A DNA stretch of 63,432 bases, filler included, from Octopus bimaculoides (taxonomy: Eukaryota): NCBI RefSeq assembly GCF_001194135.2. It is 6 parts of 6 records of this genome, joined end to end, with 100 filler letters (N's around TTAATTAATTAA, not from the genome) between each part and the next. Parts side by side here need not be neighbours in the genome. Positions count along the whole stretch, not along the records: positions 1 to 24,895 come from NC_068983.1; 5 more parts are not named here. One strand, given 5' to 3'. Both the position numbers and the translations under genes were made by a program. The notes under the pieces were generated by a model. It saw only the letters and a program-made list of their open reading frames with translations, was not told the origin of the DNA and did not search any database. Below are positions 1-11,649 of this stretch, in pieces. Positions within the stretch are counted from its first letter, which is position 1. Each line of letters opens with the position of its first letter.

Positions 1-395
1 CAATACCAGCAGATGACAACGTTTCTCTAAAAGAAATGGAAAAAACTTTCAAAATACAAAGACCTGGAAATAGAGATAACTCGAATGTGGAATCTAAAAA
101 CAGAAACAATTCCTATCATAGTAGGTGCCTTAGGTATAATAAAAAAATATTCAGACAAATACATAACAAAAACACCAGGACTTACAAATATATATAACAT
201 ACAGAAAATTGCACTACTGTGTACTGCACACATTCTACGCAAAACACTTTCAATACAGTAAACATAAGAGCACCACAGCAAACCACAGCACATACCCAAG
301 GCGCACAGAGCTGCGCTCGGTAGTGAAGTGAAAGCACGTTATAAAAATAAAACTACTGAATAATGATAATAATAATAATAATAATAATAATAATA
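1..395 (+). mobile_element. 3' end of R4/Dong-type (RLE-endonuclease) non-LTR retrotransposon, copy A, with 3' UTR and (AAT)n tail
   Basis: Translates (one frameshift) IPADDNVSLKEMEKLSKYKDLEIEITRMWNLKTETIPIIVGALGII...LLCTAHILRKTLSIQ* (stop 259-261), the typical RLE C-terminus; short UTR, then (AAT)n at about 361-395. Confidence 0.85.
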
Positions 396-2885
396 GGTAC
401 AAATTATAATGTGATATTGGAAGAATTGAAACAAAGTGTAGTAGCAACCAAGACAAAACTGGAAAAATATTACAATAGAAAAAGACAGTTCAGGGAAACT
501 AGATTGTTTGAAGCAAATCAAATGAAACTATTTCTGGAACTAGATGGGTAAATACACAAAACAATGATACTAGATTCAGCGGAAAGCAAGGCCTTCTGGA
601 GAGGGATCTTCGACCAAACTGTAGAGCATAATGTTTAAGCAGATTAGTTGCATGAAATCCAAGATAGTTTAAGAAATATAGAAGTCCCAAGAAGAAATAA
701 ATATGACTACAGAATTGGCAAAAAAATAAGCAGTTAAGAAAATTCTCAAATTGAAAGAGCCCAGGACGGGTGGGGTCCAAGGTTATTGGATGAAAAAGCT
801 GAGAGGGCCCCATGAAATGATAGCACAACAGCTGGGTGAGTGCTCGCAGGAAGACGCAGTACCCAGCTGGATGACAAAGGGAAATACATTGTTGTCCTGA
901 GGAACCTGAAAAGGGAAATGTTGCATCAACTTTATACCAGTAACATACCTTCCTCTAATGTGGAAGGAGATAACGAAGGATCAGCTCTTAATTGATAATC
1001 TAATTATCTGGAACTGCAAGGGATGACACACAAACCTGAACATCACATGGGCTGACTATCGGAAAGCATACGATATGATACCTCACACTTGGATAATAAT
1101 AACAATGGAAATGTATGGAGTAGCAGAGAATATGAGAAACTTATATGGAATAGCATGAAATGCTGGAGAATGGAATTGACAGCAGAGAAGCAAGTACTAG
1201 GAGGGGAGAAAATCAAGAGAGGAATATTCCAAGTGGACAGTCTGTCCCCACTGATATTCGTGCTGGGAATGATCCCCTTGAATAAAATACTAAAGAAAAA
1301 AATATGTTGTGGTATGATCTTGGAAGAAGTAATGTAAAACTGAATCACTTGATATTCATGAACGACCTGAAGCTATTCAGAAAAACTGAGGTAGAATTGA
1401 ATAGCCTAGTCCAGTCTGTGCTGAATATTTTTCCAATGATATTAAGATGAGGTTTGGGCTCTTAAAATTTGCTACGATGGTGATAAGACGAGGAAACCGT
1501 GCCAGGACAGAAGGCATATAGCTGTCAAGTGGTGAAATGATGAGTGGAATGCAACCTCAATTCACTTTTAAATACCAGGGAATACTTGAGATAGATGGAA
1601 TCAAACCCTACAACATGAAGGAAAAGACAAACAGAGAGCATATATAGCGAGTGAGAATAATAACTTCAAAGCTGAATGCCAGAAATACAATTTCAGCAAT
1701 AAACCCACGCGCAGTCGCAGTAGTTAGATATGGCGCTGGAATTTTGAAGTGGACAGACGAGCTAAAGGAAATAGACACAAAGTCAAGAAGGCTTCTTACG
1801 ATGCATGGAGCCCATCATCCCCGTGCAGACACAGATCGCTTGTACATGAAGAGAGCAAATGGAGGAAGGGTTCTGATAAGTGTGGAAGACTGCGTACGTA
1901 TCGAACTCGAAAGCTTAATGGCATACCTCGCCCAAAGCAATGAAATTTTGCTAGTGAGAGTTAGGAACGGGTACGTATAGAGAGCAGAAAAAATAAAAAA
2001 TAAAGCAAGAAATACAAAAGCACATGGAAAACAATTGCGCAACAATGGACAACACAATCAATTCCATGTAACCCCAACAGAGGTTGCTGGAAAAATAGGT
2101 TGGATTGGCTGATGAAAGGAACCCTAAAAAAACGAGACAAAGAGCACTACACTGGCAGCACAAGACTAAACTTTGGCCAAAAACTGGAGGATCAACCATA
2201 GGAATGATCAAGCGTCGCTGCTGTGCCGCATCTGCAATAGCGTGGATGAAACCATTGTTCATATCGCGAACAGATGCTCTAGATTTGCACAAAACCACTA
2301 CAAGTTGTAGCGACACGAGCAGGCAGTAAAAGCGCTGCACTGAAAACTGCGCGAAAAGTGGGGGCTAGAGAGAGGTAAAACGTGGTATGAGTACAAATCG
2401 CAGAGAGTGGCGGAGTCGGAGACAAGCAAAATCCTCTGGGAATTCCCAATCGAAACGGATTAGATGCTAGAGCATAACAGACTGGAACTAGCGGTGACAG
2501 ACAAGGTGCACCGCATATGCTATATAGCTGATGTTGCATGCCCATTTGACCGACGAATAATCAAGAAGGAAGACTAAAAGATAGATACAACCCCCTTAAG
2601 AACGTAAACGCCCGGCTATGGAATATGAAGTGCCAATTATTTTTCGATCCTTGGGAAGAGAATCGGAAGGCATCAAGAGAAATATAAAGGCAATTGGTAT
2701 AAAGTGCCCAGTAGAAATGTTACAAACGTTTTGCCTGCTTGTCACGGCCAGAATAATCAGTAAACTATTAGACACCGGAAAATAAAGAATAACATGATAC
2801 CGTAGGCTGCAGGTATTAAGTCCGCTACGCATACAAGATTCCAGGAGCTCCAAGAAAACCTGACATGAAGAGAAAATAATAATGA
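396..2885 (+). pseudogene. 5'-truncated, decayed R4/Dong-type LINE ORF (RT + CCHC + RLE), copy B
   Basis: ELKQ..KL..Y..R..QF...RLF N-terminal region; RGIFQVDSLSPL (about 1218-1253); LNHLIFMNDLKLF at the YxDD position (1340-1378); KLNARNTISAIN..AVAVVRYGAG thumb; CRICNSVDETIVHIANRC knuckle (2224-2277); ILWEFPIETD..LEHNRLELAVTDK and DVACPFD RLE motifs. Many stops and frameshifts; ends in AATAATAAT. Confidence 0.9.
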
Positions 2886-3623
2886 TATACATACATATAT
2901 ATATAAATGTATTTGTAAGTTAGTTTTTATTAATGAAATGTACAATGTGAAGGGAAGTGTAGTCCACAGAAGCCCAATATTTTTGTGTATAGTAGAGTGC
3001 TTACAGTTGCCGCTCTCGTGTGCAATTTAGAGAACATGAAAGGTTTTTCAAGCGTAAGGTGTGGTAGAATGAGATATTTTATAACATGTATTCATTAATT
3101 AGCCTTATTATAATATTGTGCAACTTCCGTGCAATATTTTATTGGATAGTGCAAAGATTCTGAGAAAGATATCCTTAATTTAACGATGGAATCTATGAAT
3201 ATAGTGTGACAATAAATTTATCACCCTAAAAACAAAAACATTTATTTTATTCATATTTCACATAACTTGCTATCTTACACTTCCGCCGATAAAATACTTG
3301 TTTCTCTATATTTTTATTTCCCTTTATATTTTCTTCCTTATTTTTTCTATTTTTCGATACATTGTATAAACCTTCATGATATGCATTCATCCCTCCTGAA
3401 CTTTTATAAAGTTAATTTAGACGCCTTTAAAATCATTACATATTTCAATAAATCCTTATAAACATTTATAAAAGATATTATCAATAAAATATTTATCGGG
3501 CGTGACCCCTCTTATCTACTACCTATACAAATTCTTCACTACTTTTTAGAACGATATTAATAAAGAACAATATTCTCTTCTTAAATACCGATAAATTCTA
3601 GCGCAAACTCGAGGAGAGCTCAC

Positions 3624-3900
3624 CTGAGATTTTATCTTGATAGGTTGCCATTCTTATTATTCATTGTTACCAACATGGAAGATTATTAGTAGGAATTTTA
3701 GAGCTTTAGCTTATCGGTTCTACTCCCAAATCCTGACCGGAAAGAGCTTGTTTTTCATTACCTCAGGTTTGTTAAATTATTAATTCAAATATGAAATAGA
3801 AGCAGCGCTAGCGTAATACTCAATATCGACTACATATACCCAATGCACAACAGTAGTGTGTTTGCCGGTAGGCTGCACATTGACGTGATGGAGATTACTC
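3624..3900 (-). other. Candidate first exon of an unknown minus-strand gene (coding part 3651-3624, MATYQDKIS)
   Basis: Minus strand agaATGGCAACCTATCAAGATAAAATCTCAG|GTGAG gives a good Kozak context and strong donor; a second donor GAG|GTAATG near 3762; locally CpG-richer upstream with TGACGTGA. No homology support. Confidence 0.3.
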
Positions 3901-4089
3901 CCTCGCAGAGCCGGTTGTTAAAATACTTGAAAGTCATGACACCAGAGACTCTTGACACATGAAAGTCATTATACATTATAGTACTGTTATTGCAAACGGG
4001 GTTGATGCACTTGACCAGCCTTCCTTTGAAATTTGCTACTCGCTAAACTTAGAAACATTTACTTATTGTTATCATTGCTGTAACTATCA

Positions 4090-4320
4090 CTAGCCTATAC
4101 AATATTGATTCCAAATTGCTGGCACAGGGCCAGAAAATTCAGGGAGGGAGTAAGTTGTTCTTATCGACCACAGTACTTAACTGGTACTTATTAAAAAAAT
4201 AACAGAAAGGATGAAAGGCAAAGTCGATCACAATTAAATTTGAACTCAGAACGTGAAGTTGGACTCAATGCCGCTAAGCATTTCTCACGGCGTGCTAAAG
4301 ATTTTGCCAGCTCACTGCCT
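4090..4320 (-). mobile_element. tRNA-derived SINE with Nin/Deu-like central domain
   Basis: Reverse complement of the GGCAGTGAGCTGGCA..GAGTTCAAAT..GACTTTGCCTTTCATCCTTT..AAGTACCAG body seen in several other copies in the window. Confidence 0.75.
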
Positions 4321-5234
4321 TAGTTACATATATTATATTAATTACCTATATTATATTACCGATATATGATTTATGAAGAAGCTTCTTCGTTCTAATGCAC
4401 GGAAACATTTAAATTGTTCCGATTTACTTATAGTTTCGTTAGGTGATAGTAGCCGCACTGTTGCTTTCCTTCAAATTGTGTTCAAATATTCCTGTTCGTT
4501 ATAGATTCTTATTTATCTTCTAAGTAACTATGACATACGTTATTATTTATATTACTTTCACATCTCTGTACAATGAATGTTTTACTTCTTGTTTAATTAT
4601 ACACCTCTGATCAAATCCACTTTGATATTCGCTTGCGATCATCACCTCTTTATTCATGCCCGTATCATCAAACTTGCCTTTCGTCTATGCTTCACTTTCT
4701 GATTCTTTCTCTTCCTTCTATACGCTGTATGCAAAAGCTACATTTTCCTTTTAATTTCTTTCTTATTTTTTCTTCATAATTTTCTTCAGGTTCTTTGTAC
4801 GTGTTTTATTTTTTAAGATATTCCTTTTTTATTCTCTGTATTTCATCCATTTTTATCTTTCATATTCTTATACACTCCTCTGCTTCTCTCCATATGCATC
4901 GGTTGCAATAAAATCCTTTGAACTTATATATAACTGACGGAAATCGACTATATTTCAATGTCTTTGTTTTCACCTTTTTCCCTCTGATGTTTCATTTTCT
5001 CCTTTACACTCTTTTTCTACATTTCTTAACATTTTCACTGAAAATATTCCATTAAAACTTTTTTTCAATGATAAAACATACTATTACGCATTTTAAAAAT
5101 TCTCATAAAATTTCACTCAACATCACTGTAAAATCGGAACGTGGAGATTTCTAACTACACAAGGTTTCTATCTTCCTTTTCATCCACCCATTTCTGTATA
5201 TATTTTCTTTTATTTTTGTCCTATCTTGTAACAC

Positions 5235-5590
5235 CATTTTACATTTTACCCAAAGAAATCGACCCCAGAACTTATGTTCTTTTTACTACCTATTACTTAT
5301 GTATCGGTTTTTTTTATAGAACCACTAACCTACAAAGACATAAACACAACAATACCGGTTGTCAAGTGGTGGTGCGGAATAAACACAAGATATCTCCCCT
5401 GTCTCTGTCTCTCTCTCTCTCTCTCTTTTCCACACATACACACATATGATAAACTTCTTTCCGTTTCTGTCTACCAGATCCACTCATAAGGCTTTAGTTG
5501 ACACGAGACTATAGTTGAAAACATTTGCTCATGTCGACACGCAGCCAAACTGAACACGAAATTGGAAGGCAAAATTCTTGCCAATACATA
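5235..5590 (-). mobile_element. tRNA-headed CORE-like SINE (family with internal microsatellite), degenerate
   Basis: Reverse complement matches the copies at 47.8 and 48.2 kb (GTCGATTT, CTTGACAACCGGT, GGATCTGGTAGACAGAAAC). Confidence 0.7.
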
Positions 5591-5790
5591 TCTGTATGTC
5601 TGTGTGTATATATATATATGCGTGTGTGTGTGTCTGTGTGTGTGTGTATGTGTGTGTGCGTGTGTGTGTGTGCGCGTGTGTGTGTATATATATATAAAGA
5701 AAGAGAGAAAGAGAGAGAAAGTGAGACAGATAGATAGATAGATGAATATGCATATGAAAATAAGCATATATATACACATATATCCATGTA

Positions 5791-5838
<48 letters not shown>

Positions 5839-6276
5839 CATAAGTGCGTGATATACATGCGTGTATAGATGGTTAAGCAAATAGGTAGTTAGAGAGAAAA
5901 GGAGAGATGTACTTCTAAATATTAGGCTTACTAGCAAGGAACCTTACAATGTCAAATGTAGAAATAATAAACAAGAAAATCACAGGATATATGCTAAAAG
6001 GTCAAATATGACAGCAATTGCGCAAGAATTGTTGATAATGGAAAAGAATGTAAACTGAATAATAGCCAGAAAATATGGTTTCCTGTTGTTCTCTTTGATT
6101 GTCTCATTAACAGCATGTAAATGTAGATCTTCGAACCTTTGTATATATAGGAATGTTTCTAAGCAAAATATATTGTTAGCAGCAGCATCCTGGTTATAAT
6201 ATGAGCGCTCTGCAGGTCGTATTGCTATCAGCAGCATAAACATCATTTTCTCGTTCATCGCTCAAATACAATAGTA

Positions 6277-6610
6277 GTCGACTTTGCGTGTTATCTTTTC
6301 GAGGTCGACAAAATGCATAGTGGTCGAGCAGGAGTCGATGTAATCGATTAGCGTCCTCACTACCAGATGTAAGCCCCGTGCCTATAATTTAAAAAGATTA
6401 TTATTATCATTATTCTCGCTATTATTTTTATGATTGTTGATGCTTTTATTATAATAGCGCTGAAATACTTGAGTCCAAATTCTGATGAGGTCGATATTGT
6501 ATTTCCTTCTTTCCAGCTCGATGTAATAAGCAGAAGTTAAACGCTGGGATCAATGCAATCTACTAGCCCTATCCCCACAAATGTCAGAACTTGTGCATAT
6601 GTAAGAATTA
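6277..6610 (+). mobile_element. Two degenerate Nin/Deu-like SINE fragments
   Basis: GTCGACTTTGC..TTTCGAGGTCGACAAAAT..GTCGATGTAATCGA with an (ATT)n tail, followed by a second partial copy. Confidence 0.55.
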
Positions 6611-8544
6611 TTTATATTCCTCTCTTGATATCGCCTACGTAAAATGATTTCTGAGCAACAGAAAGCCACATGTAGCAGGCTTTATTCCAGATATCTTACG
6701 GTCCTATTGGGTTTATAAAATATAAGGATGGCTTTGAGGATATTATTTACCGCATCGTTACTGCTTTGTAGTCGGAAGTAAATAAGTACAGAAGTTTGAG
6801 ACCACCTCTTTTCATATTTAAGATTGCAGAGACACGCACACACTCTAACACACACTAACATAATCCCACCTTCCCCAGCGAGAGGAGAGGATGGAAGATG
6901 AGAAAACTAGGAGCAAACTCAATGTCAAATAGCCAAGACGATGTCATCATGAAACTCTCCAACGACATCAATTCCAGATGTCAGGCTAGCAACCTTAACA
7001 ATGACATTAATAACAACAAGAAAGGAAGAATGATAATACCAAGTATATATTAGCGATAGGGGCAGAATTAATTACAATAAGTACTGTTAATGCCCACTTA
7101 AATGTGGATGTTTCGTCTGCACAAACTATACTGCGGTACATACCGGAAGAGGAAGCCTCATATTGGCTTATCGCGATATAAAATAACAGCGCATTTTGCA
7201 CCAAAGTGCAATATGGGAGGTTTTCTTAGAGTATCCACTACAGTATAGTTTGTTCTGATAGAATATACACGCTCATGTGGGCATAAATGATAATACCATT
7301 AACAGGAATGACAGTGACAGTAACATCATTCCTATTATAAGTCCAGGTTAGAGACCCTTGTGGTCAAGTATATTGTAATGACTCAAGAAAAAAATTTTAA
7401 GTGATTTATTAAGGTAAACAACATATGTTTTAAAATGAAAGGATTCGCCTCGTATAGTTTTATAAAAAAAGTTCAGTACTTGATTACAGTTAATATCTTC
7501 CTTCATAGCTGCCTGCCAGCTCCTTCACACATTCTGAATCCCTGCGTGTAACCAAGAAACTTACCTGAGACTTTGATAATTATTACTTAACAATAACATA
7601 TAGCTGAAATATAATAAGTGCATAGCATTATATGACAGAGGGTAAAGAAAGATTTGAAGATACACATCGGTAATTATCACATCCATGTTATCAGCTACAA
7701 ACAATCTGCCTTCTGGCAGATTGTCAAAGTGTGCGTTGATGTGAATTTCCTTAGAACACCCCTACCTCACACTAATACATGCGTGAATTAAGTTTCCATT
7801 TTCTGTCCTACACATGTACATCTTTGTACGCACACACACACACATTCACACATATGTAATTTTACTTATAACAAAACCCACACACATATAGAGATACACT
7901 AAAGCAAAAGTATATATTAGACGAGGCTTCTGTTAACGTTTCAAAATGAACGCATTCAAATGACGAATGTCACTGAAATTAGCTTCGATCTTGTTGAACT
8001 GTATAAGAATACGTTTTGTTTACGCATGTCCTAACGTGATTAAGCAGCAAAGTGAATAAACCAGATTAAGAATATTTTGGTATGTCTGAGAGCAAAATAT
8101 TCACGAATTTGTCTTATGAAGACAGGTCAAGCAATTAACTCTAACAATGTCTTTTGGGGTAAATATATTTTGCTTGTGTATTTAAAGGCGCCTGCTTATT
8201 GTATATAAGATCTTAAAACAAAAGATCCAATTAATTTGAAACGTCTGGAATAATTTCCTGCTTTACTCTCATGAAATGGCTATTATTATATACGTTAACC
8301 GATTGTATTTAAATTATAAATTATAAAACCACGCACGTTACGTCTACATAACAAATTTATCAGTCTGCGATTTAAAATACTTGTTTATTAAAGACGCTGT
8401 TGTATCTCTTTGAATACCCAAAATATTGATTGAGTTCTTTGAGAAGCAAAATGATGGATCAGCTTTATCAGGAGATTTGCAAAAGTTCACGGACTTTGGT
8501 CAATAAAGCTACAACAGATTTAGAATGTTCTATTATTAAAACTT

Positions 8545-8586
8545 ATGATAATAATATTAATAATAATAATAATGATGATGATGATA

Positions 8587-8627
<41 letters not shown>

Positions 8628-8648
8628 GATAATGATGATGATAATAAC
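8545..8648. repeat. (AAT)n/(GAT)n compound microsatellite
   Basis: Directly visible; it produces the poly-N/poly-D run of ORF 8430-8702. Confidence 0.95.
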
Positions 8649-9099
8649 TCTTTCAAAAATGCAAATACTTTAAACAGACACAATTTACATAGGATTCAAT
8701 AATAAGGAGAACATGACTTAGTCATCAAAGGCGCTGTATGAAGAATAAACATACATTCAAAATATGAACATTCTTACATAACGCCTGCATTATCCTGCGA
8801 ACAGACGATAACCATCCTTGTCTTGGATGAGAAAAGGAAATCGAATGCATTAAATTAAGATTCATTTGATATTTTGTATGTAAACAAGAAACATATTTAC
8901 TTATTCCTGCCTCACTTTACTGGTCTGGAATTCTACAAAACATTTACCACTGAAATTCATGATAATATATTCCCTTCCGCTATACATGTACGTTTTACTT
9001 TTATTCATTTGATCCCCAGTACTCATGCTTTCTTTTTCCTAAGTGCGGTACTTTTTATATCCCTTCTTTAGCCAAAATGCTAGATTAAATAGACGTGAA

Positions 9100-9425
9100 A
9101 AAGAAAACACCGGTTGTAAAGCCACGTAGAATAACAACAGATAGAAACAGTAAGACACATATATGTACGATGGACTTCTATAGAGTTTTCGTCTATCAAG
9201 TTCACAGAAAAGTTATTGGTAGCCTTAGTGTTAAAGTTGAAGTGCGTAGGTTCGTAACGTTAAAGACTTTTCCACTCTTCCGGGGCGTCAGACTAACACA
9301 CCGGTCTTTGAGTTTTGTTTTGTGTATATATGAACCTTACATTAGGATACTTGACCAGTGTGCACCTCAAAACCATGTGGCTAAAAAACGAGGTCTTTAA
9401 CCGTACAGCCACACCAGCTCCTACA
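9100..9425 (-). mobile_element. Degenerate CORE-like SINE
   Basis: Minus-strand head GGAGCTGGTGTGGCTGTACGGTTAA..CCACATGGTTTTGAGG and remnants of the body. Confidence 0.5.
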
Positions 9426-9899
9426 TTCTGCACCACTTTCTCTCTTTCTCTCTCTCCCTCACACATACATGCTCCCTCGCTCTCACTGTCCCTCTCTCAC
9501 ACACACAAGCACACACAAACACACACATTCTCTATCTCTCTCTACCTATCTCTATCTGTATATATATATATATATATNNNNNNNNNNNNNNNNNNNNNNN
9601 NNNNNNNNNNNNNNNNNNNNNNNNNNNNNNNNNNNNNNNNNNNNNNNNNNNNNNNNNNNNNNNNNNNNNNNNNNNNNNNNNNNNNNNNNNNNNNNNNNNN
9701 NNNNNNNNNNNNNNNNNNNNNNNNNNNNNNNNNNNNNNNNNNNNNNNNNNNNNNNNNNNNNNNNNNNNNNNNNNNNNNNNNNNNNNNNNNNNNNNNNNNN
9801 NNNNNNNNNNNNNNNNNNNNNNNNNNNNNNNNNNNNNNNNNNNNNNNNNNNNNNNNNNNNNNNNNNNNNNNNNNNNNNNNNNNNNNNNNNNNNNNNNCA

Positions 9900-10050
9900 G
9901 CAAACACGTTTAACGCTCGAGAAGATGAGACAGTCTTTTACGTTTCGAGCCTATGCTCTTCAACAGAAAGGAACACGAGAAAATAAACAGAGATTGAATT
10001 TAAAAAAAAAAGCTCGAGTGTCTAGCGGTCGATCATATATATTTATAAGA
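9900..10050 (-). mobile_element. Penelope-like terminal fragment with minimal hammerhead-like motif (variant core)
   Basis: Minus strand CTTT-CTGTTGA-A-GAGC-ATAG-GCTC-GAAAC-GTA-AAAG (9970-9935): stems I and II pair perfectly; the core is CUGUUGA rather than CUGANGA. Confidence 0.55.
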
Positions 10051-10685
10051 AATTTAAAAGAAGGAAAATACACATACTTTATATAGTTTTAATATAATTT
10101 TTGATATATCGACCGGTTTCGCTTTCGCTATTCATGATATTATGGTTTACTTATTTGAATATGTATTTTCTAAATAAGAAATTTTTGTCCATGCTGTGTG
10201 TGAAGATATTTACGAATGAATGGTTTCATAAGTAGAAGAATAAGGGGAGGAATTTGTTATCGTTATCATTGCTGTTGTTGTGGGCAAGGGAGATAACTGT
10301 TCAGCTTATATATATGTATGTTTGCGCGTGTGTGTATGAACAGGATATAAATCAGTAACAAAGATGAACATCTTTTTTACTTACTTATGTTCTGTTCCCC
10401 TAACTTGGAATCTGAACTTCGGAAATATTATAGAAAGTACCTTTATAAAAATACATGTCTGAATTATCAAGGGTGCATATCTTCACTTAACTGGGTTGCG
10501 AGAGGAATATTGGGTACAAGATGCTTATATGGAGTCTTGATGTTAAATTTTCAAATAATATTCTTGGTGTGTGCAGATTATATTGAACTAGTCAGCTGCC
10601 TGAATTTGAGTACCTAATTCAACTGAATCTTAATTATATTTTATATATATATATATATGTAAAGGAAAACAAATAATGGAAGAAG

Positions 10686-11054
10686 AACGTAATAAGCGAC
10701 AACAAAACATACGGACAGTCAGACTACAAAAAAAGACAGGAAAAAAACAGGGATCGGTAATTCGGAGCTTTCTATCCTTAGTCGAGTTCCTGATGATTGT
10801 AGCAGTCGGTTATACGAAAGCAAAGGCAAAAAGACGAAAGTCCTTGTTTTCGTATGCATTCGCTGGCTTTCGACCAAAGTATCTACTGCTCTTAGCTTAG
10901 ATTTTCTTGGTACCGTCCAGATTGGAGCAGTCTCGCGTGTGACCGGCAGAAACTCGACTGAGGATAGGAAGCTCCAAATGACCCATCCTAGTTTTTCCTG
11001 CCCTTTTTTTGTATCGTCTAACTGTCCGCGTGTTTTGTTGTCACCTATTACATT
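10686..11054. repeat. Foldback element: about 107-bp imperfect inverted arms with about 155-bp spacer
   Basis: 10686-10792 is the reverse complement of 10947-11054 (e.g. GGAGCTTTCTATCCTTAGTCGAGTT versus AACTCGACTGAGGATAGGAAGCTCC). Confidence 0.85.
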
Positions 11055-11603
11055 CTTGTTTCATTTTATTTTTGTCTTCTTATATATATATATANNNNNN
11101 NNNNNNNNNNNNNNNNNNNNNNNNNNNNNNNNNNNNNNNNNNNNNNNNNNNNNNNNNNNNNNNNNNNNNNNNNNNNNNNNNNNNNNNNNNNNNNNNNNNN
11201 NNNNNNNNNNNNNNNNNNNNNNNNNNNNNNNNNNNNNNNNNNNNNNNNNNNNNNNNNNNNNNNNNNNNNNNNNNNNNNNNNNNNNNNNNNNNNNNNNNNN
11301 NNNNNNNNNNNNNNNNNNNNNNNNNNNNNNNNNNNNNNNNNNNNNNNNNNNNNNNNNNNNNNNNNNNNNNNNNNNNNNNNNNNNNNNNNNNNNNNNNNNN
11401 NNNNNNNNNNNNNNNNNNNNNNNNNNNNNNNNNNNNNNNNNNNNNNNNNNNNNNNNNNNNNNNNNNNNNNNNNNNNNNNNNNNNNNNNNNNNNNNNNNNN
11501 NNNNNNNNNNNNNNNNNNNNNNNNNNNNNNNNNNNNNNNNNNNNNNNNNNNNNNNNNNNNNNNNNNNNNNNNNNNNNNNNNNNNNNNNNNNNNNNNNNNN
11601 NNN

Positions 11604-11649
<46 letters not shown>

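Noticed and set aside
8430-8702. 90-aa ORF with poly-Asn/Asp
   Set aside because: Explained by the (AAT)/(GAT) microsatellite; no convincing splice sites or homology.
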